Shown here: positions 8,694-18,274 of the stretch, in pieces | Numbering within the stretch: the first letter of the stretch is position 1 | How the letters are laid out: every line of letters begins with the position of its first letter | Assembly: GCA_045580835.1 (NCBI GenBank) | Contig: JAZNOM010000091.1 | Location: 1,552-65,551, forward strand | From: Eubacteriales bacterium | GTDB lineage: Bacteria > Bacillota > Clostridia > Oscillospirales > CAG-272 | Direction of reading: 5' to 3' | DNA: 64,000 nt | Position numbers and translations under genes: made by a program | Notes under the pieces: model-generated | Databases searched by the model: none | Told to the model about the DNA's origin: nothing | What the model saw: only the letters and a program-made list of their open reading frames with translations

Positions 8694-11200
8694 TAACCTA
8701 TATATTCAACATTTAAGCCCTGTGCCTTAGCATGTGACTCAACATAAGTGCCTGCAGCACATTTTACTGCGGCAAGCTTGTCACAACCCGAGAAAATATA
8801 GTTACCCACAGTGGGGTTGCCGTATACAGTAACCTCGGTAAGCTCATAGCAGGAACGGAATGCATAATCGCCGATGCTTGTAATTCCTTCATGCAATACA
8901 ATTTTTTCAAGTGCGGTAGCCTGCATAAAGAAATAAGCAGGAATTTCAGTTACGCTTTCGGGCACTGTGTATGAAACAAGCAGTAATGGGAAGGCAACAA
9001 GTTTGGTCATATCCTTATTGTACACAACACCGTTTTCGTCAGTTGTAAAATACTTGTTTTCCGCATCAACGGTGATAGTTTCAAGCTTGCTGCATTCATG
9101 GAATACAAGCTCGCCTATTTCCATTACGTTTTTAGGGAAATTAAACTCCGAATAACCGCTTGTAGCAAAGGCGTAAGTTTCGATAACCTTTACGCTTTCG
9201 GGAATTTCAACGCTTGTAAGTAAAGGCATGTTTGCAAAAGCATGCTCCTTAATAACCTCAACACCGTTTGAAATAACAAGACTTTCTACTGAGTGGCAGA
9301 ATTTAAACGCGCTTGACGAAACAACCTTGACGCTGCTTGGGATAACAATGCTCTTCAGAGCTTCGCAAGAATAAAACGCCATCTCACCGATATGCGTTAC
9401 GCTCTCGGGAATGTTGATACTCTCTACATTGTAGCATGAGCTGAAAGCGCTCTTACCGATATACTCTACGCCCTCGGGAAGCGTAATGCTTTTAACAAAT
9501 TTATGATGATAAAACGCCTCTTCGCCGATAGCGCGCACGGGATAGCCTTCAAGAGTGTCGGGAACAACGATGTCGCTATCAGAACCGTAATAGTCAAGAA
9601 TCATTATCTTGCCATTTGCAACGCCTATTCTGAAGTCGCCGCTTGTAAGCTCGTTTTCAAACTTTACGTCGTCCCAAACGGTAACTTCGGGAACGATAAC
9701 CTCGGGTTCGCTCGCGTCGGTATCCTCAGAGGTAGAAAGCCTTTCGATATACTTCACCGCGATGCCGTGCGCATTTGCATATTCCTCTGCGGCGGTGCTT
9801 GCAGGACACTTGATATATTCAAGGTCATAGCAGCCGTCAAATGATTTTTCCTCAATGCTTATAACATTTTCGTGAATTTCGATACTCTTAAGTCGGAAAT
9901 GGCCGCCAAAAACGCCTTTGGTGATTGCAACAACGGGATAGCCGTCGATTTCAAGCGGAACAACCGCCTCTGTTTCGTCGGTAATGCCTACATAGTTATA
10001 GTCAACGAGAGTTGCCTTGCCGTCTTCGACTGTATACGAATACTTGCCGACACGGAAACCGGGAGATTTTAATGAAGTTCCCTGCCCCTCAAAAATTTCC
10101 GGATACTTCATAAATCTCGAATACTCCCAGCCGCTTGGATAAACGTCCCCATTTTGCACGTCAATAATCGGACAATCGGTATTTGTGGAATACACATTGA
10201 ACTCGTGACGGATTTCGCTTAAGATCTCATCTTCGTTTTCGGATACTGCTTGATCCGCATTATATTCATTCTTTGCAAACATCTTTACATTGCCGTTTTC
10301 GTCAAGTGAAAAGATGTTGTAGTAGAAAAGCGGCGAGCCCTGTCTGTAATAAAAACCTGCACAAAGGATATATTCGTCAAGATTTTCGGTATAGAGATTG
10401 TAATAGCAAAGCCCGTTTGTGGTGCTGTCGGAATAGCCCTCATAGATAAGCTTTGGTGTACCCTTATCAAGAGTGTACACATCAAACTCGCACGCGTAGC
10501 CGTCCTGCTTTACCGCAAACATCTCAACATAACCGTCATGCGTTACATCGGCAAAGGAGTAAAATGTGCCGTCATTCTGGTCAAATTTTGACACAAAAAC
10601 GCCCATTACCTCACCGTTGGTCATCTTTTGCGAGCCAACTGCGGCAAAAACATCGCCGCCGACAATATCAAAATATGCTTCATTGACAGTCATGCCGAAA
10701 TATGCATTTGAATCAATGTTAAACTGCGCAATACGCTGACCGTTTTTGTGAGTCAGCGAGAAAAGAGTCACCGGCAGGTCCGCGCTTGTAACGGCTATCG
10801 GCTCACCGTCGGCAGGAAGCCAGTTTTCGACTGTAAAATAGTACACGTCTGCACCGTCGGCAGTCTGCTTTTCCCACTTACCTGCATATGTAATCATTCC
10901 ATAATACAAGTTGCAGTAAAAGGTAAATGTTCCGTCATCATAAACATTGATTTCGGGAACATATGCGCTGTTGTTAACGCCAAGTCCGTAAATCTCATTT
11001 TGCAAAAGTCTAATCAAAAGCTCCTTTTCGGGCTTTGTTTCAACTACCGTAGTTGTTTCTTCTGCAGTTACCTCTGTTTCTTCCGTTGTAACTACCTCTT
11101 CGGTCGTTTCTTCATCATCCCAATTGACATCGCCGTTATCGCAAGCAACAAATGCAAGACAAAGAAGTGCCGCAAGCAATATACTTAAAAATTTCTTCAT
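8693..11200 (-). CDS. Lipoprotein with T/E-rich stalk and BspA-type leucine-rich repeats (LRR_5)
   Basis: Start MKKFLSILLAALLCLAFVA-C (lipobox) with AAGGAG RBS. Repeats such as SITLPEGVEYIGKSAFSSC and SINIPESVTHIGEMAFYSC. Confidence 0.85.
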   Translation of the reverse strand: MKKFLSILLAALLCLAFVACDNGDVNWDDEETTEEVVTTEETEVTAEETTTVVETKPEKELLIRLLQNEIYGLGVNNSAYVPEINVYDDGTFTFYCNLYYGMITYAGKWEKQTADGADVYYFTVENWLPADGEPIAVTSADLPVTLFSLTHKNGQRIAQFNIDSNAYFGMTVNEAYFDIVGGDVFAAVGSQKMTNGEVMGVFVSKFDQNDGTFYSFADVTHDGYVEMFAVKQDGYACEFDVYTLDKGTPKLIYEGYSDSTTNGLCYYNLYTENLDEYILCAGFYYRQGSPLFYYNIFSLDENGNVKMFAKNEYNADQAVSENEDEILSEIRHEFNVYSTNTDCPIIDVQNGDVYPSGWEYSRFMKYPEIFEGQGTSLKSPGFRVGKYSYTVEDGKATLVDYNYVGITDETEAVVPLEIDGYPVVAITKGVFGGHFRLKSIEIHENVISIEEKSFDGCYDLEYIKCPASTAAEEYANAHGIAVKYIERLSTSEDTDASEPEVIVPEVTVWDDVKFENELTSGDFRIGVANGKIMILDYYGSDSDIVVPDTLEGYPVRAIGEEAFYHHKFVKSITLPEGVEYIGKSAFSSCYNVESINIPESVTHIGEMAFYSCEALKSIVIPSSVKVVSSSAFKFCHSVESLVISNGVEVIKEHAFANMPLLTSVEIPESVKVIETYAFATSGYSEFNFPKNVMEIGELVFHECSKLETITVDAENKYFTTDENGVVYNKDMTKLVAFPLLLVSYTVPESVTEIPAYFFMQATALEKIVLHEGITSIGDYAFRSCYELTEVTVYGNPTVGNYIFSGCDKLAAVKCAAGTYVESHAKAQGLNVEYIG

Positions 11201-11210
11201 GCTTTTCTCC

Positions 11211-13835
11211 TTACTTGATAATTTCATATGCAACGTTATTCTCTTTAGCGTAACTCTCGGTATACGAGCCCTCACGGCACTTAATGCCCTCAAAGTTATA
11301 ACCAACGGTAAATGCCTGCTCGCCGATTACCTTTACACTGTCAGGCAGTTCAACACTTTCAAGGTTGTCACACCATAAAAAAGCATTTTCACCGATTTCG
11401 GTGACACCGTTTGGAACAACGATATTTTTGATGCTGTCGCACTCTGCAAATGCGCCGCCTCTTATCTTGGTTACGCCGGACGGAATTGTAAATTCGCTCG
11501 TATTGTAAGGCACATAGATAAGTTCAGAAGAATCCCTCGTATAAAGCGCGCCTTGGTCATCAAGTTTAAAGTTTCCGCCAAGCTCCAATTCAAGCTTGAG
11601 TTCATAGCAAGCCACAAACGGCGACATCTCACCGATGCTTTCTACGCTCTTGGGTATTGTAAATCTTTCAAGCGACTCGCAGTAGCAAAAAGCACTTGCA
11701 CCGATATGTTTTACTCCGTTTGGAAGTACAATTTCTTTTAAGCTATCACATTTACCAAACGCGCCATCGCCGATGCGCTCAAGCTTTTTTGGAAGAGATA
11801 TGTTTTCAAGCGAATAGCACTCATAAAACGCGCCGTCGCCGATGCTTGTAACGCCGTTTGGAATTTCAACATTTACAAGCAAGTCGCAATCGCTGAAAAG
11901 CTCGTTTGAAATTTCGGTAATTCCGCTCGGAAGTTTAACACTTTTAAGACCGTAGCACTCGCTGAACGCGCCCTCGTCAATAAAGGTTACGCTTTCGGGG
12001 ATTGAAATACTTTCAAGTGCATTGCAGCCGTTAAACGCGCCTGAGCCGATACTTTCAAGAGAGTTTGGAAGAGTGATATCTGCTAAAGCTTCACAATCCC
12101 AGAACACAGACGACTCTATGGATTTAATGCCGTTTGGCATCTCAATACCTTCAAGCTTTTCACACCATGCAAATGCGCTGTGTTCGATTTCCTTCAAACT
12201 GTTTGGCAGGTCAATGCTCTTTAAATTTCCGCAATGCTTAAACGCCTGAACACCAATTCTTTCAATGCCTTCGGGAACGATAACGCTTTCAAAGTCAGAG
12301 TACGCAAGTCCGACGTACTGCACGTTATTTTCATAGTCCCATACGCTGTCGATTGCAGTAACCTTGTAGCCGTCAATCTCACTCGGAATTACAACGTTTA
12401 CACCGTAGCCGATATAATCGGCGATTGTCGCTTCATTGCCCTGCGTTGCGATTATATAGTCGCCGCTTGTGATAAAGGCGTCATATTCGGATGCTAAATC
12501 TACCTCTTCGCCGTCGTGGAAATAGCTGTTAAATGAATCAAGCGAAACGTTTACAATATCGTCACCCTGATACATAAAGGAAATCTGATAATCAACCTCT
12601 TCATTTGTGTAAAGCTCGAAATTATGCTCACCCTCGCTTGAATGCACAAGCTCAAAGCCGTTCTTTTCAAGAATATCGCGCGCCTCTTTGACAGAGCTGC
12701 TTATATTCAAACCCATGCAGTTTACAACCTCGCCGAGAATCTGAATGCTATAAACCGTCTGGTCGCCGTTTTCATCGGTTATATACTGAAAAATTATATA
12801 ATCGTACTTGTCGCCGTACCTAAACTTATAGCTGATGTACTCCTCGCCTGGCTCATAAGATTCTTTTTCATATCCATCGCCAAAGCAAGCGATAACCTCT
12901 TCGAGCGGCATATCAACAAATACGCCAAGGTCAACCTTTGCGTAAGCAGCTGCCGTGTCACTGTCAAGCGCTGCATACTCATTTGCAAAATCGTTTGAAG
13001 GCTTGTCACCCTTAACTGCATTTGAAATGCCAAAGCCTGCGCCAACAGCTACGGCAACCGCAACTGCGCCCGCAACAGCCTTTGCTGCTATCGGCATTGC
13101 CGCAATTTTTGCAAGAATTCCGCCGCTTGCTGCCGTTGTAGCAGCCGCGGTAGCAGCACCTGCTGCACTTGCGGTAACGCTTGTAAGAATAGCCGCCGAC
13201 GCCGCACTTGAAAGCGAATAATCCTCTGCCACCTTTTGCAAAATGAGTCCGAGAACGGGGATAGCATGCAGCTTTGTTCCCTTCTTTTCCAAATCTTCCA
13301 CCTGCTCTTTTATCTGCCGTCTGGCATAATTCAAACGACTTTTAACGGTGTTTTCGCTGACCTGCAAAAGCTCGGCAATGCGTGAAACAGGAAGCTCGTT
13401 GTAGTAATAAAGAATCACCGCAACACGCTGCGCATCGGGAAGAGAGTCTACAATTGCCATGATAAGACGGCATGTTTCTTTGTTATCGGCATATGCATGC
13501 GGGATAAAATCCTCGTCAAGCTCGGGGAGATTTAAAAGCATTTCATCTGCTTCATCTGTGCCGAGCGCCGAAGGCTTGTGCGATGCAAGATAGTTTTTGC
13601 AAACATTTACGGTAATCTGACGAAGCCAGCCGATAAACGCCTCCGGCACCTTAAGCGTGCCGAGTTTTTCAATTGCTTTGATGTACACATCCTGCACGAT
13701 ATCCTCGGCTGCGGTTTCGTTACCGGTAATTTTCAGTGCGTTGAAGTATACCATCTTCTGCGTCTGTTCAAAAAGGACTGCAAATGCCTTTGTATCTCCC
13801 TTTTGTGCTTTGATTACTACATCTTTAAGTTCCAT
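11211..13835 (-). CDS. ECF sigma factor fused to a TM helix and an extracellular BspA-type LRR domain
   Basis: Sigma r2 AEDIVQDVYIKA...FIGWLRQITVN and r4 LPDAQRVAVILYYY...IAELLQVSENTVKSRLNYAR. These are followed by an Ala-rich linker, the TM AVAGAVAVAVAVGAGFGI, and about a dozen LRR_5 units. GGAGG RBS before ATG 13835. Confidence 0.9.
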   Translation of the reverse strand: MELKDVVIKAQKGDTKAFAVLFEQTQKMVYFNALKITGNETAAEDIVQDVYIKAIEKLGTLKVPEAFIGWLRQITVNVCKNYLASHKPSALGTDEADEMLLNLPELDEDFIPHAYADNKETCRLIMAIVDSLPDAQRVAVILYYYNELPVSRIAELLQVSENTVKSRLNYARRQIKEQVEDLEKKGTKLHAIPVLGLILQKVAEDYSLSSAASAAILTSVTASAAGAATAAATTAASGGILAKIAAMPIAAKAVAGAVAVAVAVGAGFGISNAVKGDKPSNDFANEYAALDSDTAAAYAKVDLGVFVDMPLEEVIACFGDGYEKESYEPGEEYISYKFRYGDKYDYIIFQYITDENGDQTVYSIQILGEVVNCMGLNISSSVKEARDILEKNGFELVHSSEGEHNFELYTNEEVDYQISFMYQGDDIVNVSLDSFNSYFHDGEEVDLASEYDAFITSGDYIIATQGNEATIADYIGYGVNVVIPSEIDGYKVTAIDSVWDYENNVQYVGLAYSDFESVIVPEGIERIGVQAFKHCGNLKSIDLPNSLKEIEHSAFAWCEKLEGIEMPNGIKSIESSVFWDCEALADITLPNSLESIGSGAFNGCNALESISIPESVTFIDEGAFSECYGLKSVKLPSGITEISNELFSDCDLLVNVEIPNGVTSIGDGAFYECYSLENISLPKKLERIGDGAFGKCDSLKEIVLPNGVKHIGASAFCYCESLERFTIPKSVESIGEMSPFVACYELKLELELGGNFKLDDQGALYTRDSSELIYVPYNTSEFTIPSGVTKIRGGAFAECDSIKNIVVPNGVTEIGENAFLWCDNLESVELPDSVKVIGEQAFTVGYNFEGIKCREGSYTESYAKENNVAYEIIK

Positions 13836-13868
13836 TTTCAACCTCCAAAAGTCGTTTTCTATTAACAA

Positions 13869-13895
13869 AGACAAATAAAAAATGCTTTAGGTTTT
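13869..13895 (-). promoter_or_regulatory. Putative ECF-type (autoregulatory) promoter
   Basis: Minus strand AAACC-N16-TGTCT about 35 nt upstream of the ATG, downstream of a terminator. It resembles the AAC/(C/T)GT ECF pattern. Confidence 0.55.
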
Positions 13896-13919
13896 ATAAT
13901 TTTAAAATTTTTCAAAAAA

Positions 13920-13947
13920 TTTATCTGCATGTAGCCATGCAGATAAA
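13920..13947 (-). terminator. Terminator after FAD oxidoreductase
   Basis: TTTATCTGCATG-TAGC-CATGCAGATAAA. Confidence 0.6.
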
Positions 13948-13952
13948 TCTGA

Positions 13953-15134
13953 TTATAATTTTTCGTCAAAATGTATGCGGAAATTGTTTTTGCGGAGTAT
14001 CCCCTGCAAAGTCGGCACATCCACCTTGCGCGCCGCTATATTTTCATCAATAGCGAGTACCGCCGCGCGTGCCGCGACCTCGCCCGTTTGGCATGCAACG
14101 GGGATTACTCTTGTTGCATCCCATGCGCCGCCGTGCGCAGAAATTACTCTGCCCGCGGCAAACATATTGGTATATTCGGGGGAATAGAGCGTGCCGTAAG
14201 GGATTTCAAACCAATATCCCTTTTTGCCAAAATAAGGACAAGTTCCGACAGAATCCGCGTGGGGCTTGTAAAGGTCATCCATGGTCATCTCATACTCGCC
14301 CACGATATGGCGAATCATTCGGAACTGCGGCATCATCGGCAGTGCAACGATTTCCTGCGCACACGGCTCATTTTGCTTGATTTCATCAAGCAAAAGCTGT
14401 TGACCTTTAATAATATAGTTGTTTACCTCGTCACCTGTAACACCGGCATAATGCGGGAAGCCCTCAGGGTGTCCCTTGCCCGTCATACCGCTGCCGCTTA
14501 CGTGCCAGCCGCGCACCTTAAGCATGTTGTACTCCTTGTTCGGTGCAAAGTCAACGATATGAGAATAGTAGGACATATAGTTTTCACCGTCGCGGCATTC
14601 TGCGCCTGCGCGGCTGAACATTATGCAGTTGCCGCTTGCATCAATCAGTGCGCGACAGGAGTAAAACTCGGTACCGCCTACCGTTTCAACTGCAACGCCC
14701 TTTACGGTTTTGCCGTCCATCTCGGGATATGTAACAAGCGCGTCATAGCGAATATCCGCGCCCGCTTCAAGCAGCATTTCCTGCAAAACGAGTGACATTA
14801 CGGTTGGAGAAAAGTGAGTTACAAATCTATCCGCGGTGTCCTGCTCCCACACTCCCTCTTTTTGCCAACATTCGGGCAAGCGATGCATGCAGTATCTGAT
14901 AGTTCTGCGGAGTATTTCCTCGGAAATACCGGAAATAAGCTTTTTGCCCTCGGCATTGCAAAGCGGCTCCCACCAGTTGATAAGACCTATAGTCGCAAGA
15001 CCGCCAAGCGCCGCCGCCTTTTCAAGCAGAAGTGTCTTTTTGCCTGCGCGTGCCGCCGCAACGGCTGCAGCCACACCTGCAACACCGCCGCCGACAACCA
15101 CTATGTCATAATCCTTTTTTAAAACATAATTCAT
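13953..15134 (-). CDS. FAD-dependent oxidoreductase
   Basis: DIVVVGGGVAG...LLLEK...LGGLAT, IDASG, IPYGTL, AAGRVIS and QTGEVAA. Confidence 0.88.
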   Translation of the reverse strand: MNYVLKKDYDIVVVGGGVAGVAAAVAAARAGKKTLLLEKAAALGGLATIGLINWWEPLCNAEGKKLISGISEEILRRTIRYCMHRLPECWQKEGVWEQDTADRFVTHFSPTVMSLVLQEMLLEAGADIRYDALVTYPEMDGKTVKGVAVETVGGTEFYSCRALIDASGNCIMFSRAGAECRDGENYMSYYSHIVDFAPNKEYNMLKVRGWHVSGSGMTGKGHPEGFPHYAGVTGDEVNNYIIKGQQLLLDEIKQNEPCAQEIVALPMMPQFRMIRHIVGEYEMTMDDLYKPHADSVGTCPYFGKKGYWFEIPYGTLYSPEYTNMFAAGRVISAHGGAWDATRVIPVACQTGEVAARAAVLAIDENIAARKVDVPTLQGILRKNNFRIHFDEKL

Positions 15135-15136
15135 AA

Positions 15137-16585
15137 TTACTTCTCCGTCGGAACAAAGTTAAAAACTATCATTGAGCGCATATGGTAATAACGGTAACGA
15201 AGTCCGTATGACGTTGAGTTTTCGAATAAAACATCATCGCCCTCTGCACGCACCTGACCTGCTGAATCGTATATCTTAAAGCGATATTTTTCAGGATTTG
15301 TTTCGTCAGGATTTACACACTCGGTAACAACGATATGGTGCGAGCCGTTGTAGGAATTCTCCATAGAAACGATAACCCCTTCGGGATGCTCGTCAAGCGC
15401 TTCCTTGAGTTTCTTTTTGGTTACACCGTAGGTACGCACCGCCTCAAGCGGCTGACCGTACAGAGTAAATGACTCGGCTATTTGCTTGATGTTTATCATA
15501 ATCGGATTGTTATAAAGCGTGCCCTTGGACGAGGTAAGTCCGCGATTGCCCGAGTTTGCAAGCGCAACCGTATACGGGTCAGCCTCAAGATTTCCATCCG
15601 CCTCAAAGCGGAAATCATAGCCGCCCTCATAGCGCGCGCCGAGGTTATGCAACACCATTGCAACCGAAGTCAACGCACAGCCGGTATCCATCCAGTCGAG
15701 TCCGCGGTTATAGCCGTTAATGATAAAACGCTTGTGTGAACCCGAATAGAAATACACGTTGGCAAGCTCGCCGCCGTGCCAGCCGCCCTTTGTAGCAAGA
15801 TGCTGCGAATACCATGTAAAGGCATCCTCGTCAACGATTTTCACATCAATGCTTCGGCTTTCATCACCTATAGTAGCGGTGACAGTTACGGTGCCTGCTT
15901 TAAGCGCGCAAAAACTGCCGTCATCATCAATCATAAGCATGGTATCATCGCTCGACGACCACTTTGCAAGACCTGCCATATAAGCAGGCTTTGTAACCGC
16001 GTATACGGAGCTTACACCGTAAAGTTTTACCTCATCGGCAACGGTTTTAAGTTCAAAAGAAGAAAGCGCAACGGGAGAAATATCCCAAAGCTGACTGGAC
16101 GCGCCGCCATATTCCTCGCCTTCTACAAGAGTCATTCTGTAAAGCGTACTGCGGTTGGTTGTTCCGAGAACAACTTCACCGCTTGAAATCACATAACCGC
16201 CTTCTGTGCCGCTGATTTTAAAACAAGAGTTATCGCCGATTTCAGCCGACTTTGAAACACGCTCGCCGATTGTACTTTGCATGCAAAACGCATATTCGCC
16301 CGCCTCGCTTTGCGGATATAAAAGATATGTACCGTCATCCTGCTTGACAAGAAGAATATTTTCGCCCTCCTCGCCGTTTTGCATATCGGTATATGCAAAA
16401 CCGCCTGCGGCATATTTTCTGTCAAAAGCATTCAGATACTCTCCGCTCGCTATGTTTTTAATTGTGTAAACGCCGCTTGCAGGCCCCTCTCCCACAGGAA
16501 TAGAAACCTCTGTATCCGCCGCGATGCCAAACGAAAGGCATAAAAGCAACAGAATCGCAGCTAATAAAAAAATATATTTTTTCAA
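15137..16585 (-). CDS. Secreted protein: ricin-like lectin domain + Ig-like (Big_2) + C39-like cysteine peptidase
   Basis: Signal peptide from TTG 16585. GVYTIKNIASGEYL...SQLW (ricin), WSSSD...AGTVTVTATI (Big_2), and WYSQH...GCALTSVAM...SHHIVV...IYDS (C39-like Q/C/H/D). Confidence 0.7.
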   Translation of the reverse strand: MKKYIFLLAAILLLLCLSFGIAADTEVSIPVGEGPASGVYTIKNIASGEYLNAFDRKYAAGGFAYTDMQNGEEGENILLVKQDDGTYLLYPQSEAGEYAFCMQSTIGERVSKSAEIGDNSCFKISGTEGGYVISSGEVVLGTTNRSTLYRMTLVEGEEYGGASSQLWDISPVALSSFELKTVADEVKLYGVSSVYAVTKPAYMAGLAKWSSSDDTMLMIDDDGSFCALKAGTVTVTATIGDESRSIDVKIVDEDAFTWYSQHLATKGGWHGGELANVYFYSGSHKRFIINGYNRGLDWMDTGCALTSVAMVLHNLGARYEGGYDFRFEADGNLEADPYTVALANSGNRGLTSSKGTLYNNPIMINIKQIAESFTLYGQPLEAVRTYGVTKKKLKEALDEHPEGVIVSMENSYNGSHHIVVTECVNPDETNPEKYRFKIYDSAGQVRAEGDDVLFENSTSYGLRYRYYHMRSMIVFNFVPTEK

Positions 16586-16658
16586 AGATTTATCCTCGCA
16601 TAAAAAAATACCCATAGTTACAAAACCATGGGTATTTTATCATATTAATATATAAATG

Positions 16659-17156
16659 TCAACTTTTACGGTTAAGCCAAACTTTCGCAATCACAAGCAC
16701 AAACACCACGCCAAAAAGCACACCGGCACTGTCCAGCACAACATCGCTAAACATAGCTCCGCGCCCCGGCACAAATGCCTGATGAAACTCGTCGCTCGCG
16801 GCGTAAAGCGCTCCTCGAATCCACGATAAAAGCAAGTGACCAACCCACGCTCTATAGTTATAGAGCGAAACAAATGCAAAAAATGCTCCAAGCACAGCAT
16901 AAATGCCAAAATGCGTGATTTTGCGAACAATATGGTCAACATCCAAAAGAACTTCTGTCTTTTCTGCCGTGCCAAGCTCTTCAAAATCAGCAACAAGAAT
17001 CGGCGCAAGCAGTTCGGCTATACTGCCGCTCTGCTCTGCGGAAACCGAAGCAGGCATGGAAGACATGACAAAAATAAACAAGCACCATGCAACCGCAAGA
17101 ATCACCGCAAATGCATACACTTTTCGCGAAGTATAAAGTCTTATTGTTTTTGGCAT
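16659..17156 (-). CDS. VanZ family membrane protein
   Basis: IFVMSS..A..S...S, VRKITHFGIY, YAASDEFHQAFVPGR and DVVLD. Confidence 0.9.
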   Translation of the reverse strand: MPKTIRLYTSRKVYAFAVILAVAWCLFIFVMSSMPASVSAEQSGSIAELLAPILVADFEELGTAEKTEVLLDVDHIVRKITHFGIYAVLGAFFAFVSLYNYRAWVGHLLLSWIRGALYAASDEFHQAFVPGRGAMFSDVVLDSAGVLFGVVFVLVIAKVWLNRKS

Positions 17157-18274
17157 CTTTGATTATATCCGTCCTCGTAAATCTTTTCCACCTTGCCTGT
17201 CATAATCTTGCCGGTCAGGCGGCAGATGTATTTGGAGTATGCAAACTTTGACATTTCTTCAAGCTTCTTGGGATTTGCCATGATTTTTTCAATACTGTCT
17301 GCAAGGTTTGGCGCGCTCTTTTGCGGAATGATATATCCGTTCTTATCATTTTCGATAATATACGAGTTGCCGCCGTAATTTGTGGCAATGGCAGGCTTCG
17401 CAAGGCTCATGGCTTCGATAAGTGCCATGCTTGTAGCCTCAGTGCCAAACGAGCAGTTGATTATAACATCCATTACCTCAATATACGGCGCCACATCACC
17501 GACAAAGCCTGCAAAAATAACGCTGTCTGAAAGTCCAAGTTCCTCGGTTTTTGCCTTGAGCATTCCCTCGGTTGTACCCGTGCCGATAATAAGCACCTTG
17601 AGGTTCTCACATCCGCGGTCACGCATGATTTTCGCTGCCTCGATAAGATAAATGTGTCCCTTTACCTCCTCAAGACGCGCGGACATGCCTACCACAAAAT
17701 CGCCCTCTTTTATTCCGAGAGCCGCGCGAAGTTCATCCGCTTCATCCGCGCTCACCTCTCGAAGCGGCTCTGCGCCGTTGATAACAACCTCAATCTTCTT
17801 GGGATTCGCACCCATTGCGGTAAGGTTTTCCTTGGTGGACTCCGAAACTGCAATCATCTGCGTAGAAAGCGTGTTGTTAATGAATCCGCACACATTGCGA
17901 AGCGGAAAGCGCGTAAGTATCGGGCGTGGTGCAAAGGTTGAGTGTCTTGTGTGAATACGCACCTTTACTCCTGCCAAAAATGCTGCTATGCGAGCAGAAA
18001 ACGCCGCGTGTGTATGGACTATGTCCGGCTTTTCTGCCTTAAAAATCTTTGTATACTCGCTTATTGCGCCAAGGTCGAGCGACTTGTCCGCGCCTCCCTC
18101 GGTGCAAATGTAGGTAAAGCCAAGCGAGTCGATACGCGGTATAAGCTTACTGCCGTAAGGAAGCACTACTTTTACATCAAAGCGACTGCGGTCAATGTTG
18201 CGAAGCGTGGTAAGCAGCACCGTGCCTGCACCGCCGATATTTGTATCGCTTATAACATGAATTACTTTTATCAT
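17141..18274 (-). CDS. GT4 glycosyltransferase
   Basis: IGGAG, PDIVHTH, RLEEVKG and EATSMALIEAM. Confidence 0.9.
   Translation of the reverse strand: MIKVIHVISDTNIGGAGTVLLTTLRNIDRSRFDVKVVLPYGSKLIPRIDSLGFTYICTEGGADKSLDLGAISEYTKIFKAEKPDIVHTHAAFSARIAAFLAGVKVRIHTRHSTFAPRPILTRFPLRNVCGFINNTLSTQMIAVSESTKENLTAMGANPKKIEVVINGAEPLREVSADEADELRAALGIKEGDFVVGMSARLEEVKGHIYLIEAAKIMRDRGCENLKVLIIGTGTTEGMLKAKTEELGLSDSVIFAGFVGDVAPYIEVMDVIINCSFGTEATSMALIEAMSLAKPAIATNYGGNSYIIENDKNGYIIPQKSAPNLADSIEKIMANPKKLEEMSKFAYSKYICRLTGKIMTGKVEKIYEDGYNQRCQKQ

Noticed and set aside
11201-11305. N-terminal extension of the LRR lipoprotein in the ORF track
   Set aside because: It overlaps the upstream gene; the RBS and signal peptide place the start at 11200.
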